A stretch of DNA of 64,000 bases from Dendrobates tinctorius (GCF_039654945.1 NW_027361863.1:2728001-2792000); one strand, 5' to 3'. Counted from the stretch's first letter, positions 24,350 to 38,334 are shown. Made by a program: numbers and translations. Notes: generated from the letters alone by a model not told the origin.

Positions 24350-24812
24350 GGCCTGTTTCACACTTCAGTTTTTCACAATCAGTCAAGATCCGCCGATTTG
24401 CCAAAAAAAACGGACTCGCCATTTTTATTGGCGGATCCGTTTTTTTCCCCATTGACTTTAATCATCGGCGGATTTTGACTGATGATCGTCTGTTGCGTCC
24501 GTATTTGTGCAGATTCGCCACAATTTTGGCGTCCGCTCAGATCACCGAACGGACCATGCAATGTTTTTTTTGCTGTCCGGATCCACATTTTCCTCTTTTA
24601 ACCCTGAATCAAGTCTCGCTGCGGGATGAAAATTCTCTCTCTCACACTCTCTCTCCTATATCGCGCCGGGGTTCCTTTAAATTTTTACCATGGGTGGATC
24701 CGTACGTCCGCCATTCCGGTGACACCTGTTCCTGTCAGTCCGCCTGCGGATCCGTTTTCCGCTATTTTGGCGGATTTAGACTGACGAGAAAAACTGATGT
24801 GTGAAACAGGCC
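24350..24812. mobile_element. PIF/Harbinger-like MITE
   Basis: TIR GGCCTGTTTCACAC / GTGTGAAACAGGCC, TAA TSD on both sides. Confidence 0.88.
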
Positions 24813-24951
24813 TAAGCTGCGGCCCAATGCTGCACACAGTCTTATTCCCATCTATGCGTCTTTCCAAGCCTTCCATGATGGTGTTTGCCTTGGCAGCAGC
24901 TGCCTGGGACTGGATTTCTAAAATAAGTTTACTGTTCTCCAATACCTCTAT

Positions 24952-25146
24952 GGCCGGGATCACACATGCAAGAAACACGGCCGAGTCTCACATGTTAATA
25001 CCCGCCACTGCCGCCGGTACTCGGATCGGAGCGTGCAGCCGCATAGCAATACATGGAGCCGCACGCTCCGCTCCCGAGTGCCGGCGGCAGTGCCAGGTAT
25101 TAACATGCGAGACTCGGCCGTGTTTCTCGCATGTGTGATCCTGGCC
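24952..25146. mobile_element. Palindromic MITE
   Basis: Near-perfect foldback GGCCGGGATCACACATGC...GCATGTGTGATCCTGGCC. Confidence 0.88.
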
Positions 25147-25278
25147 TAAGACCACGTTCACACAATCAGTATACTACATCAGTATTTGTAAGTCAAAACC
25201 AGGAGTGGAACAATAAGAGGAAAAGTAGAATAGAAACCCGTCACCACTTCTGTATTTTTCAAAATGCTAACCAAATAC

Positions 25279-27941
25279 ATCCATTATAGGTTTATGGTTA
25301 AAACATACAACACTGCCCTTCACCTCAAAACAAACCTATTTCAACACCCTCATCACCTCACTATCCAATAACCCGAAACGTCTCTTTGACACTTTTCATT
25401 CCCTACTCAACCCAAGAGTACAGGCCCCAACCACAGATCTCCACGCTGACGATCTGGCCAATTAATTCAAAGAAAAAAATTGACCATGGCCGGCAGGAAA
25501 TTATCTCCCAATCCCGTCATACCATGCACTGTCCTCCATCCCCCACTGCATCTAGCTCACTCTCTGATTTTGAACCAGTCACAGAAGAAGTAAGCAGGCT
25601 CCTTGCATCTTCTCGCCCAACCACTTGCACCAGTGACCCCATTCCGTCACATCTCTTCCAGTCTCTTTCCCCTGCTGTCACCACTCACCTAACAAAAATA
25701 TTCAACCAACCTCTCTCTTCCGGTATCTTTCCTTCCTCATTTAAGCATGCCATCATACAGCCATTACTTATAAAACCATCCCTCGACCAAAACTGTGCCG
25801 CTAACTATAGACCTGTCTCTAATCTTCCCTTCATCTCTAAACTCCTGGAACACCTGGTTCACGCCCGACTTATCCGCTATCTCTCAGATAACTCTTCTCA
25901 ACCCTCTCCAATCCGGTTTCCGCTCTCTACACTCTACTGAAACTGCCCTCAGTAAAGTCTCTAATGATCTACTAACAGCTAAATCTAACGGTCATTACTC
26001 CATGTTAATTCTCTTGGATCTCTCTGCAGCATTCGACACTGTGGATCATCAGCTCCTCCTCACTATGCTCCGCTCCATCAGCCTCAAAGACGCCGTTCTC
26101 TCTGACCACTCATTTACTGTATCTTAATAATAATAATAATAATAATAAATTTTATTTCTATAGTGACAACATATTCCGCAGCACTTTACATTTCAGAGGG
26201 GATTTGTACAGACGATAGACATTACAGCATAACAATAATCACATAGGTCATAACAGATACCAAGAGGAATGAGGGCCCTGCTCGCAAGCTTACAGTCTAT
26301 GAGGAAAAACGGGGAGACACGAAAGGTGGGTGGTAACAATTGCCCTGCATGTTTGGACCAGCCATAATGTTATGTGTGTAACAGTACGGACACAGAGGGC
26401 TAATGGATGCATAAAGCATGTGGGAACATGATGCGGGGAACCTGGTTATGGTAAAACTTTTGACTGTGAGTTAGGTTAATGTGTTGAGGCGGTACGTCAG
26501 TCTGAATAAATGCGTTTTCAGGGCACGCTTAAAATTGTAGGGATTGGGAACTAATCGTATTGACCTGGGAAGTGCAATCCAAAGAATTGGCGCAGCACGT
26601 GTATAGTCTTGGAGACGGGAGTGGGAGGTTCTGATTATTATCTTTTGCTGGCTCCTCCTCCTCTCATCTTCCCCTTTCTGTTGGGGTTCCTCAAGGATCG
26701 GTTCTAGGCCCCCTCCTCTTCTCCTTGTACACTGCCCCTATTGGTCAAGCAGTCAGTAGATTTGGGTTCCAGTACCATCTCTATGATGATGACACCCAAT
26801 TATACACTTCTTCTCCTGATATCACGCCTGCCTTTTGGAAAACACCAGTGATTGTCTTACCGCTGTCTCTAACATCATGTCCTCTCTCTATCTGAAACTG
26901 AACCCGTCAAAAACTGAACTTCTTGTGTTTCCTCCCTCTACGAACGTACCTATGCCCGACATTGCCATTTGCGTGTGTGGTTCCACTATTACTCCCCAGC
27001 AACATGCCCGCTGTCTTGGGGTCATACTTGATTCCAAGCTTTCATTCGCCCCCCACATCCGATCACTGGCTCGCTCTTGTTATCTGCACCTCAAAAACAT
27101 TCCTACAATTTGGCCCTTTCTTACTTTCGACTCTGCAAAAACTCTTACTGTTTCTCTTATTCATTCTCGTCTCGACTATTGTAACTCTTCTAATCGGTCT
27201 CCCTCTTACCAAACTCTCCCCCCTCCAATCTGTCCTGAATGCTGCAGCTAGGATCATATTCCTCACCAATCGTTACACCGATGCCTCTACCTTGTGCCAG
27301 TCATTACACTGGCTACCCATCCACTCCAGAATTCAGTATAAACTTATTACCCTCACCCACACAGCCCTCCATGGCTCAGCACCACCCTACATCTCCTCCC
27401 TTGTTTCAGTATACCACCCTACCCGCGCCCTCTGTTCTGCTAATGACCTGAGGTTAACATCCTCAATAATCAGAACCTCCCACTCCCGTCTCCAAGACTA
27501 TACACGTGCTGCGCCAATTCTTTGGAATGCAGTACCCAGGTTAATGCGATTAATCCCCACAGTTTTAAGCGTCCCCTAAAAACACATTTGTTCAGACTGG
27601 CCTATCGCCTCAACGCATTAACCTAAATATTCCTGTGTGGCTCATTCAAAATATATTTAGACTGTTAACTGGTTCATGCAGTAACAGGAACACCCGATTC
27701 TCACACTATGGGTGGTCTGAACAATGAAAGCAATTGTTACCATCCACCTTTCGTGTTTCCCCTTTTTCCTTGTAGAGTGTAAGCTTGCGAGCAGGGCCCT
27801 CATTCCTCTTGGTATCTGTTATGATCTATGTGATTATTGTTATGCTGTAATGTCTATTGTCTGTAGAAGTCCCCTCCAAAATGTAAAGTGCTGCGGAATA
27901 TGTCGGCGCTATAGAAATAAAATTATTATTATTATTATTAA
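25279..27941 (+). mobile_element. 5'-truncated L2/CR1-clade LINE, decayed ORF2
   Basis: [76 protein letters not shown]; 3' AATAAA plus (ATT)n tail; appears to split a small MITE (25150-25278 / 27942-27968). Confidence 0.92.
26126..26638 (-). mobile_element. Inverted 3' fragment of the same LINE family nested in the LINE
   Basis: Starts with (TAA)n; diverged reverse complement of ~27465-27941; TATCTT on both flanks. Confidence 0.88.
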
Positions 27942-28774
27942 TAAATACTGACTGTGTGAACATGGACAAGGCTATGTTCACAATTTGCGTTTTTGCAGCG
28001 TGTTTATTTTGCCCCTTTTTTATGTAAATTTTAAACTGCATTTTACTGTACCAGAAAACGCTATGAGATTTCAGCAATCTCATGCAAGCTTTCTTTTTCC
28101 TAAGTGAACTGGAAAACTGCTTTGTCTTTGCAAACTGCAGCATGTCACGTCTTTCAGCATTTTTTCACCCATAGAAAGCAATGAGAAAGTGAAAAAACGC
28201 AGCTACATTCACATTCACTTAGGCTACATTCACATGTCCGTTTCAGTTTTTACATCTATCAAAACTGGACCACTTCTTGGCTCATGTGTCATCCATTTTT
28301 AAAAAGTGAAAGAAGTGAACAGTCTGACCTTTTTTCCCCCTTATACCATATGGATCAAATAAAAAGGAATTAAAAACGGATTTAACACTGATGTAAAACA
28401 GAATATCTTATGTTTTGATCGATTCCCATAGATCAGAGTGGTCGAGTCAGATCTGCAAAAACGTATGAGAATACGACACAGGCATCACACACGGGTCTGT
28501 TGAAGAAAACTGAATTGTGAAAGGTTCTATTAAACCTCATGGGTCCGTGTGTGAGTGTAACCTAAGGGTGTGTGCACACGACGTCTCTTACAAGTGGATT
28601 CAGCTTGGAACCTGCCTAAAGAAAGCGCTAAAGAAACTCCAAAAAGTTTTAATATAAAACAATAAATTACTGTTCATTAGTTCTTTTTTTCCCACCGCAA
28701 AAACACTTCATAAAAATCACCGCTGGCGTTAGAAATTCTGTGTACACGAACCCGAAGTCTTATTTATGGGAAGT

Positions 28775-28945
28775 TTTTCTCTTGTTTCTTCCCAGGTACA
28801 TAACTTACATTTATCCATATTAACCCTACGGTAATTTGCCGTTTTTCCGCCGCAGCCTCCAGCTTCTCCAAATCCCTTGGTAATATTGTATTATCCTCCT
28901 CTGTGTTGATTAGTTTATAGTGCTTAGTATCATCTGCAAATACTA
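28775..28945 (-). mobile_element. CR1 RT fragment
   Basis: Minus strand reads VFADDTK...RDLEKLE...NMDKCK, matching the CR1 FADDTK region. Confidence 0.7.
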
Positions 28946-30041
28946 ATCCTCTGTAAGAAAATACATCAGCAACGCAAATCTCTCCCCTGAGAGTTCACCA
29001 CAATGTATCAGCATGGACACCGAACTGTTTAGCTCTCGGAGGATTGCTGAGGCTGGATACGATTGTAGAAAAATATCAAACGGAAGAGGAACTGGAATAG
29101 GTCTTCAGCATCTCGATGTTAGACTTAGGGCACAGTCAGACGGTCATATAACACGGAAAACGAACGTCGCAGCGCACGGACTGACCGGTGGCTGTCCTGA
29201 CCCGAGCGTGATGGCCTGTATATTTCTGTGCAGCTGTCACGCTCGGGTCAGAAGAGCCGCCGGACAGTCCTTGCACTGCGATGTGATCTTCGACCGTGTT
29301 ATACGGCCGACTGGCTGCATGGTGACTGCGATATAAGTCACTTCGCCAATATCGCTCTGTGCAGCTGCTGCAGTGCGACTCATAATAATATATCGCACAT
29401 ACATTAGAAACTTCAGAACCAGTTGGACTTTTTGTGACTTGGCTGTCGCAGCATCCACTGGCGGACACAAATAGAAGAGATCCCCTATGCAAGAACATTA
29501 TAGGTGCCCTTTGCAGTCCAATAGCTCTTCATAATGCACAATTCTTCCTGCTTTGGAGATGGCAGTGGCCCCATTACCTCCTGAGCCCCTGCGTGGCTAC
29601 AAAAGTTGCACCAATGATATGTCCGCCCTTGGCAGTACCCAAAGGGCCCCATTCACCTGAATTATGCTGCAGCGGCACACAGCGATCTTTGGTTGCACGA
29701 CATGTGTCAAGGCCAAAGTCATCGTGTAGTCCCAGCCCGAGGGATCAATCTTCGGAAAACTGATTTCATGATAATCATCATCACCCAACAAGGAAAACAT
29801 TTGCTCATAGGGTACCAAGATTTGTAAGAAAGCTTACACATGGACATGTGCTGCTGAGAATATTATGTTCTATGTGCACTCAAGGAACATCTTAGCAATC
29901 ATCCTGTGCCAACAGAAGTGCAGTTGTCTTATAAAAACAGAGTATTAAATCACCACCGATCAGCTTGCATGTAGCTGATTGGCAGTAATTTAAAGAAGGC
30001 CTGTCACTTGCTCAAAAAAACAGAGTTAAATACCTTGTAAA

Positions 30042-31367
30042 TGTGGCGCCCCTGAGGCTTCAGTCGCCACAGAGGTACTGCACCTCCTCCTGAGGTGTGG
30101 TGCCCCACCATCCAGGAAAGGTGGGAACTCCTGACCACACTCCAACACCTGCATCCCACACACAGGATAGTTCAGCAGGGCCACATTGCAGCTTTAGGCT
30201 CAGGGTGTAGCAGAGCACCTTTCGTGGATCCCTGCTTCGTAACACGAGATGTGCTGGGAGGTGGGTGGAGTTAGTATAAAAAGAAGGGGAAAGATAGAAT
30301 TACAGGAGAGTCTGAGGTCAGTCCCTTAGGGGTGAGTCTGACAGAAGCTCGGTCTGGGGAGAGTCCCAGAGGTCCCTGGAAGAAGGGATGGAGGAAGGAG
30401 TGCTGCAGCTGCCTCAGTGACCTGAGCCAGCTGTCACGAGAAAGGAAAGAGAAGGAGAGACGTAGAAGAGAGAGAAAGACAAGCACGGAACGAAGTGGAG
30501 AGAGAACAGAGAGGAGGAGTGGGTTGGATAGGAACACTGCCTATAGGTTCTCAGCGCAAGGCCGGGGCCCGGTCCCCAAGGTTGTATGGACACTTATGGT
30601 TCTGCAGCAGACACCGATGGAGTAGTTGGCTGTAAATGCATTACTCCCATAAAAGACTTGGGACACAACAGCAAACTGATAGAGAGCTGGGATTCAGGAG
30701 AAGGGAGTCCCCGAAGCAGGCTACAGCTGTCTGTCATACAAGTGAGAGTTGTTAGGAACATCTGACAGGAGGAACTTCAGAGAACCACGGTACTGGAGCT
30801 CTTCATACAAAAAGGCGCAATAGAGGAGTCGTTCAGGAAGGCACATGTTGGCGGGGTGCTGGCGGGGAGAGTCCTATCTTGCCTGGAGGTTGGCTGGGCC
30901 TCTGCCCCGGAGGACACGGTACCGAAGCAGGCACCTGTGTGCACTACGAACTGTGAGTAAAGCTTTGAAACTGCAAGCTCTGGTGTCCTCCGTTCATTCC
31001 TGCATCAGCGCCGCTACATTTGGGTATCAACATCTACACCATCCGGTGCCCCTACTCTTCCATCGCACCTATACACTGCCCTGGGACTACAGCTCTACCT
31101 GTGGGGAGCTATACCACCTTTGCTGCATCACACCATCAGTCCCAGTGGATCTGCAAGCAGCGTTGGCTTACCATCTTACTTGCCAAACACCACGGGTGGT
31201 GTCACAAACTTTTCATATAAACTACACTACAAACATCTCCGCCATTGATATTGGGCGCCCAGGGCCACAGACCGGGTCACCGCCGCTGCTGTGACACATC
31301 ATCCCCCTGACACCGGCCCGGTACCGAGTACCCCACAGCCCTGGGTGAAGCCGGTGAGGGCGACCCA
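30042..31367 (+). mobile_element. Solo LTR (~1.3 kb) of a second LTR-retroelement family
   Basis: TGTGGCGCCC...GGGCGACCCA imperfect inverted termini, TAAA 4-bp TSD, TATAAAA at ~30275, AGTAAA at ~30956. Confidence 0.75.
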
Positions 31368-31612
31368 TAAAAATCCCTGAGCTCCCCTGATTGTGCCACT
31401 TGTTTTCATTTTGCTCTGTGTCGCTCTATTATAGAGATATTCACATTTGTTGCTTTTTGAGCGCAGTATGTGAAATCTCTGCTTGCAGACCAACTGGGCC
31501 TTTATTCAGAGTCTTCTCTGGGGGTGCGTGCTTTCATCCCTTCCAGATCCTGCTAATCACAGCTTGGCAGCATTTTAGACTGCGAAATCAGCTGCCGATT
31601 TGCAGCATCTAA

Positions 31613-32549
31613 GGCTGAGTTCACACGTGGCTTTTTTTCGCGTTTCCGCGGCGGTTTTAACCGCGCGATTTTGCCGCGAAAACGCGAAAAATAAGCATCC
31701 CATGCATTCCTATGGGATTCCGCAATGCTGTGCTAATGCTGCGGTTTTTTACCGCGGCGGAATCGCTTCGCGGTAAAAACCGCAGCATGCTCATTAATTT
31801 GCGGAATCGCGGCGATCCCGCACCCATAGGAATGCATTGTTCCGCTTATTTCCCGCATGTGGCTGTGCACACCATGCGGAAAGTAAGCAGAACAATTGCG
31901 GATGGTACCCATGGTCCGGAGGAGAGGAGACTGTCCTCCGGGCTTTGGGTACCATATCCCTGTAAAAAATAGAATTTAAAAATATTGTTATTCTCACCCT
32001 CCGGCGTCCCGCGCAGTCTTCCCGCCTCTCTCCACGCTCTCGTTCCCAGTAAGCCTTTGCGAAAATGCTCGCGATGACGTCCGTTCTCGCGGGATCGCGA
32101 AGTCTCGCGGTCATTCGCGCGACGTCATCGCGAATTACCGCGAGACGTCGCGATCCCGCGAGAACTGACGTCATCGCGGGCATTTTCGCAAAGGATTACT
32201 GGGAACGGATGCGCGGGACGTCGGAGGGTAAGAATAACACTATTTTTTATTTTTTTTTACATTCTAGCTTTTACTATTGATGCTGCATAGGCGGCCTCAG
32301 TAGTAAAAAGTTGGTCACACTCGTCAAACACTATGTTTGACGAGTGTGACCAACCTGTCAATCAGTTCTCCAAGCGATGCTCCAGATCGCTTGGAAAACG
32401 CTAGCATTTTGCAAGCTAAATACGCTTGCAAAATGCTAGTTTTTCCGCGGGAAAATCGCGGGAATTTAAAATGCGATTTTCCCGCGGACTGGAATTCCGG
32501 AATTCTCGCGGTAATTTCCGCGAGAGTTCCGGTATGTGTGCACTTAGCC
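31613..32549. mobile_element. CpG-rich Harbinger-like non-autonomous element
   Basis: TIR GGCTGAGTTCACAC / GTGTGCACTTAGCC, TAA TSD; internal ~245-bp palindrome at 31990-32235. Confidence 0.85.
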
Positions 32550-32594
32550 TAAGAGTGAAGGGTGCAGTTTATGCTCCCTGATGAGAGTCTAAAG

Positions 32595-32777
32595 CAGTGT
32601 TTCCCAAACTCCAGTCCTCACGGACCCCACGGGTCATGTTTTCAGGATTTCCTTATTACTGCACAGATGGTGGAAGTATCATCAAGGCATCAGGAATTCT
32701 CTCACCTGTGCAACTCTATGGAAATCCTGAAAACATGACCCGTGGGGTCCGTGAGGACTGGAGTTTGGGAAATACTG
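32595..32777. mobile_element. hAT (Charlie-like) MITE
   Basis: TIR CAGTGTTTCCCAAACTCCAGTCCTC; 8-bp TSD GTCTAAAG/GTCTAAAA. Confidence 0.9.
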
Positions 32778-33949
32778 GTCTAAAAAAGGCCCAGGAGATC
32801 ACATTTTGCAGTCCGAAATCAGAAAATGTGAATATCTCTACAATCCAGCGATGCAGGGCAAAACTGATAAAAGCAGCAGAATCAGGGGGGAGTGGGAATT
32901 TTGTACAAGGTATTTAAGTTTTGGGCAAGGGACAGGTGCTCTGTACCAGCCATGATCAGGCAATGTGAACAGGCTCTTAGTGTAGGTTCACTTGTTGCAT
33001 AGTTGATTCAGATTACCTGCAGCATTTCTGCATCCATAGTCTGCGCACATATTTTCCACACTTATTCATGCGTCTTTATGTGCACTTTATGGGTTTCGGC
33101 ATCTGCTCTCCCCCTCACAGCCTGACCGTCCTGATCAAAGAGCTTTTGATGATCTGGTTGCAGCTCCCACAATATGCTAAGGAACCACTGTTGCCACTTA
33201 CTATCAACTAGTTGTTTTGCAAATTGTACCTGCAGGGTAGAAACTTATTACTCTCAGTCCTAGTTAGCATCTTAAAGAGGCACCTGATGTATGCAGAGAC
33301 CGTGGGATTGGAGTAGACAATGGGAATTTTGCATACTAATGCAGAGCGTTCCATCCAGACATGTACCCAAAGCCAGGACTCATCCATAATTCACCTACCG
33401 ACAATGGAGTAAATAGAACATATTACGAGGCTTTCATTATTCATCAGCTGCATTAATTCTGTTTTCCTTTCCTAGAATCTAAACAAAAAAGGCGCAAAAA
33501 ATTATTTGGGTCAAAGATTGGGAACTTTTGACACTTGTAAATGTTGGAGGGTATGTTTCTTTAATTGGAAGGAAATTCGCCCTTTGTCGATGGCATGAGG
33601 GGCAGAAGTGCGCCAATACCATGTGGATTAGGCTCAGGACCTGACCCCATTCTGTACAGCTAGTACCCAAGAGAAACTGCTGCAAAACTATGCTTTAATC
33701 CTTGAGATGCTGTTGTCAATAGAGACATTAGCATTCACCTGGACTTGTGCACTACTGGAGCAACCCCTGCCTAATGCTACAGCGTCCATAGTAAAATAAA
33801 AAAGCTAAAACTTAATCCTTACCTCCCGGACCGGTGTCGCCTAGTGGTATCAGCAGGGGCATAATGACTGGGTCCGAGCTGGAGGGGGCCTGACGATGCC
33901 AATTTCACCTGGATGTGTTTCTTTGGACAGCTTACATATATTGTGGTCC

Positions 33950-34460
33950 AGGATGGGGGACATTATACCAGGAAGGGGCCAATGATGGGGGACATTATAC
34001 CAGGAAGGGGCCAATGATGGGGGACGTTATACCGGGAAGGGGCCCAGTATGGGGAAAATTATACCAGGAAGGAGCCAATGATAGAGGTTATTATACCAGG
34101 AGGGGTCCAGTATGGGGAACATTATACCAAGAAGGGGCCAATGATGGGGGCATTATACCTGGAAGGAGCCCAGTATGAGGAGCATTATACCAGGAAGTGG
34201 CCTAGTATGGGGAACATTATACCAGGAAAGGGCCAATGATGAGGAAGATTATACCAGGAAGGGGCCAATGATGGGGGACATTATACCAGGAAGGGGTCCA
34301 GGATGGGGGGCATTATATCAGGAAAGGGCCAATGATGGGGGACATTATACCAGGATGGGGGGATTTATACAAGGAAGGGACCAAAGATGGGGGGCATTAT
34401 ACCAGGAAGGGCCAAGGATGGGGGGCATAATACCAGGAAAAGGCCTAGGATGGGGGACAT
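33950..34460. repeat. Degenerate ~33-bp minisatellite
   Basis: GGGGGACATTATACCAGGAAGGGGCCAATGAT-like units; related array at ~36770-37100. Confidence 0.85.
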
Positions 34461-35340
34461 AGAAGGTAACAGAGAGGGAGGTTGTTGCAAATGTGCAAGG
34501 CTCCATTGCAGTGAAAATAGCTTCTGGCGGGTGCCGTACCTGCTGTTGATTGCAGCTTGAAGGACTTAGAGAAAAGTTTTTTTTTCCTTTTCAACATATT
34601 GGAAATGCTGCTATTTGCTATAACCTGTATGCACACTCACACATACAGCATTAACTGCATTGGAAACCACAGTTTCTTTTGAAGAGAACACACCTGATGG
34701 TTATTATAATTACTAATACGCACAATAGTGATTGGTATAATGCATCTTTATACATCTTGTGATTCCCTCAATGTGATATCCTATGACTAAGGGTGTCACA
34801 GTACGCCAGAAACGCGCCCCGCAACAAGGTTTCTTCTTCTTTAACCATGTTTTAACTTCAAACATATACTTACCTTACCTTGTAATGTCTTCACATCCTG
34901 TTCCGTCCAGATGTGTCCGGAGCCCAGAATTCTAAGCAGCAGAAGCTCACCGACTGCCATATTGGGACACCGAAGTGATGGGTGTCTCAATATGGAAACT
35001 GCTGGTGGTACCAGCCTCTTGCGCGGTACCACCAGCGGAACACCGTCGCACCACACACACTGTATACGCCATATGCAGCCTCTTTCGCTGTACCACCAGC
35101 GGAACACTGTCGCGAATACGCCGCCGCCGGGATCAGCCGAATGATTCACTGACCGCTGCCATCTTTGCACAGGAGGAGCGCATACGCAGTTTTAATGTGA
35201 CCGCCGCTATCTGTCTGCACAAAGATGGCAGCGGTCCAATTTACTGCACCTGCGCGAATTCCGTGCAGGTGCAGTGAATCATTCGGCTGATCCTGGTGGC
35301 AGATGCGCGACGTGTCTACAGGCAGAGGAAGCCGGTCACA

Positions 35341-35640
35341 TTAAAGGGGTTTTCCCAAGAACGAAAGTTAATTTTAAATATTGTCTGTGTCTGACCGTGT
35401 ACGGAGCATACCACATCTCCTGGGCAGGGGAGGAAGCAAAAGACAATACTGACATTACAGCAGGAGATTGCAGAGGATTCATTTTGTGAGGTAAAATATT
35501 TCACTGACTGTTTTTAAACAATATTTTACCTCGCAAAATGTATCCTCTGCGATCTCCTGCTGTAATGACAGTACTGTCTTTTGCTTCCTCCTCTGCCCAG
35601 GAGCTGTGGTATGTTCTGTACATGGTCAGACACAGGGGTG
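35341..35640. mobile_element. TTAA/AGGGG-ended (T2/Kolobok-like) element fragment with internal foldback
   Basis: Starts TTAAAGGGGTTTTCCC; imperfect inverted repeat at ~35385-35635. Confidence 0.6.
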
Positions 35641-35682
35641 AAAGAGACAGAGCACAGGGGGGAGACAGCTCAGTCGGGACAG

Positions 35683-36487
35683 TGTTATGAATGAGTCACC
35701 GTAGGAGGCAAAAACAGAAATGCTAGCTAAGTCCAGAAAACCAGAGAAGTTGGCAGCTATCGGATTGCAGACCCCTGAACCTATTAACAACAACTAGCAG
35801 TAGCCGTGGGGGGTTCCTACGGTGCCCTAGACCCCTCGATCACAGCCGGAGAACTACATAGCCTAAAGACAGAAAGGGAAATCTAAACTGCCCCAGAGCA
35901 GACCCCAAAGCAATAGGCAGCCCCCAACATATAATTACGGTGAAGCAAGAAGAAAAAACACTCACACAGATAGAAAGATAGGCTGAGCAAATGATGGGGC
36001 CCAAGCTAACTAAATAGGACAGGATAGGAAAGCTGCTGTCTGCAATCCGCGAAAAACCCTATCAAAATAGCCAACAGACTGACAGGGAAAAAGGCCCTGA
36101 AGACGCTAAGCTTCAAAAAGACTATATCAGCACTCAGGTATTTTCTGAAGACAGAGCAAACTGACAAAAAGGAATTCAGCTCACCCCAGCAGGGAATGGC
36201 AGAATCCAGAATAGCAAGGCAAACTAAAACCAAAACACAAATGCAAAAAGGCAAAGCAGAAAACTTAGCTTTTGAGGAGCAGGAATCAGACTGGTCTCCT
36301 AGAATTCCACAGAGAAATCACCAGCGAGGCAGAAGGGCGTCGGCTGCCTTATATCCAGTCAGAGATCCCCGTCGCCCAGTCATCCTCTCCCAGCTCAAGT
36401 GCTTGGTAATCAGCCTCACTACCTTCCTTCACCAGAAGAGGGAGTTCATCAGACCTCAATGGTGAAGGGGAAAATGAACTCATAACA
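35683..36487 (-). mobile_element. Solo LTR, same subfamily as the nested 17560-18227 copy
   Basis: Reverse complement closely matches the nested LTR; flanks GGACAG/TGACAG. Confidence 0.93.
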
Positions 36488-37779
36488 TGACAGCACATGA
36501 GGGGAGAACACAGCACAGGAAGGAGAGAGACAGCAGACAAGGGGGATATTACATGGGGTGGACAGGTCAACGAAGAGAGCACAGATGGGAGAAGTCAGCA
36601 CATGGGGAGAGAGTGGATAGGTGGGTGAGCACATGGGGGGGGGGGAGAGATTCTCAACACTGCAAAGCCTGCCCCCATCGTGACATTACCGCCCTCCCGA
36701 TACGGGCCTCCATCTAGCATTTCAATTAAAGCTATTTGATGCTACCTGGACGGTTGTGATGAAAGCCTACCTCTTGGGGGACATTATAACAGGAAGGACT
36801 CTAGGATGGGACACATTATTACATGATGGGGATCATTATACCAGGATCGGGCCCAGGATGGGGGGGAGGGCATTATACCATGAAGGGGCCCAAGATGGGG
36901 GCATTATAATTGGAAGGTGCCCAAGATGTAAAGCATTATACCAGTTAGGGGCCCAGCATGGAGGGCATTATACCAGAATGGGGGACATATACACCAGGAA
37001 TTGGCCCGGCATGGGGGGACATTATTACTGGGAAGACCGAGGTTGGGGGGTGCATGATTACTGGAAGGGACCAGGATGGGGGACATTACTACATGGAGGG
37101 CAAACTTGCATGTCCTGATAGGATCTAGAATACTACAAGGGCCCATGCAACTGACCAACATGCAAGTGGGGATCCAAGTCCAAATTTTCAATCGGGGCCA
37201 TCAGACTCTTTGTTGCGGTGCTGTGTTTCCCGGTGGTCATGTGACCTTTATATCCTGTAGCCAATCAGCATTCAGTCAGTAGTGAAGGCTGCAGAGGTCA
37301 TGTAACATAACATCAAGTGACCGCCAGTAATCGCAGCTCTGACATCGCTGGAGCGGTCCTGGTCTGGGAGGTGATCACATGTTCTGTGCATTTTGTTTTT
37401 AATTTACTATTGATACTTATGCAGTTGAACCAGACTTGTGCAGTGCAGGACAACCCCTTTAAGAGGTTAGGAATAAAGGGGTGTGGCAGTTGCTACTAAT
37501 ACCCATCATGCAACACCCCATGATATGATCACGAGGTAGCGATGAATCGCCATGGTAGCCAATCGCCTGTTTGAAACCCCCTTGTTGCCGCCATCTTGGT
37601 ACTCCGGAGAAGCCCAACCATAAAAAAATTAAATAAAAATAATTGGATTTTTTTCCCATTTTTCAGTACATTGTACGGAAAAATGAATGGCGTCATTCCG
37701 AAAAATAAAAAAAAAGTTCTGGCTCTAGGAAAAAGGCAAGGAAAAAACAAAGCGCAAAAAAAGAAAACTGGCTGCATCC

Positions 37780-38334
37780 TGAAGGGGTTAAGCACAGCTC
37801 TGATTTCCAGCCAATCAGCACACGTCTTTCCCACCATGCCCTTGCAGCCCTGACCTTGGTCCACTCTACAGTCCCAGTGCTCCCAGCCCTCGGCCCCGCC
37901 CCTTCCCAGTTACTGACTACCAGACACGTGACCTCTGACAACCACACGGGCAGAGAATCCAGAAAAAAAAATGGTTTTAAACGGACAGCCATCTCAGCCA
38001 ATCACAGTTGTCAGCGCCACTTTTGCCTCTTTAACCAATCAACGAGCAGTAAACAAATAGGGCGCTAAAGGGCGACGCGCCTAGCCAATGAATGCTTGAC
38101 TACTGATGATTAGCGTCCGCTTCGACAAATCCGTGTGGAGGTTATGCAACAATGCCCGCCTTCCTTACGGAGGCCAGCCAATGGGCGCAGGGTGGGTGTG
38201 CGCGCGCTTGGAGGGGGGGGCCTCCCCGAGTTTGCGGGCGTTTCGGTGGCGCCACCACGGCGGTGTCGGGTCAGCAGCGGCGGTCAGGGGCCCTCAGCGG
38301 CGGCGGCCGGCGGGAGCAGCCTGTAGACTGTAGC
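37780..38334 (+). promoter_or_regulatory. SLC25A28: SLC25A28 promoter and 5' UTR (CpG island, CCAAT cluster)
   Basis: Five same-orientation CCAAT boxes (~37812, 37998, 38035, 38085, 38178), GC box GCCCCGCCCC at ~37893, E-box CACGTG at ~37925. Confidence 0.75.

Noticed and set aside
38152-38334. In-frame upstream ATG giving a 61-aa N-terminal extension of mitoferrin-2
   Set aside because: It lies upstream of the last CCAAT box, so probably 5' of the TSS; the MELE start at 38335 matches the known N-terminus
23700-38334. Shared bidirectional promoter for ENTPD7 and SLC25A28
   Set aside because: The two CpG-rich starts are ~14.5 kb apart and each has its own motif set
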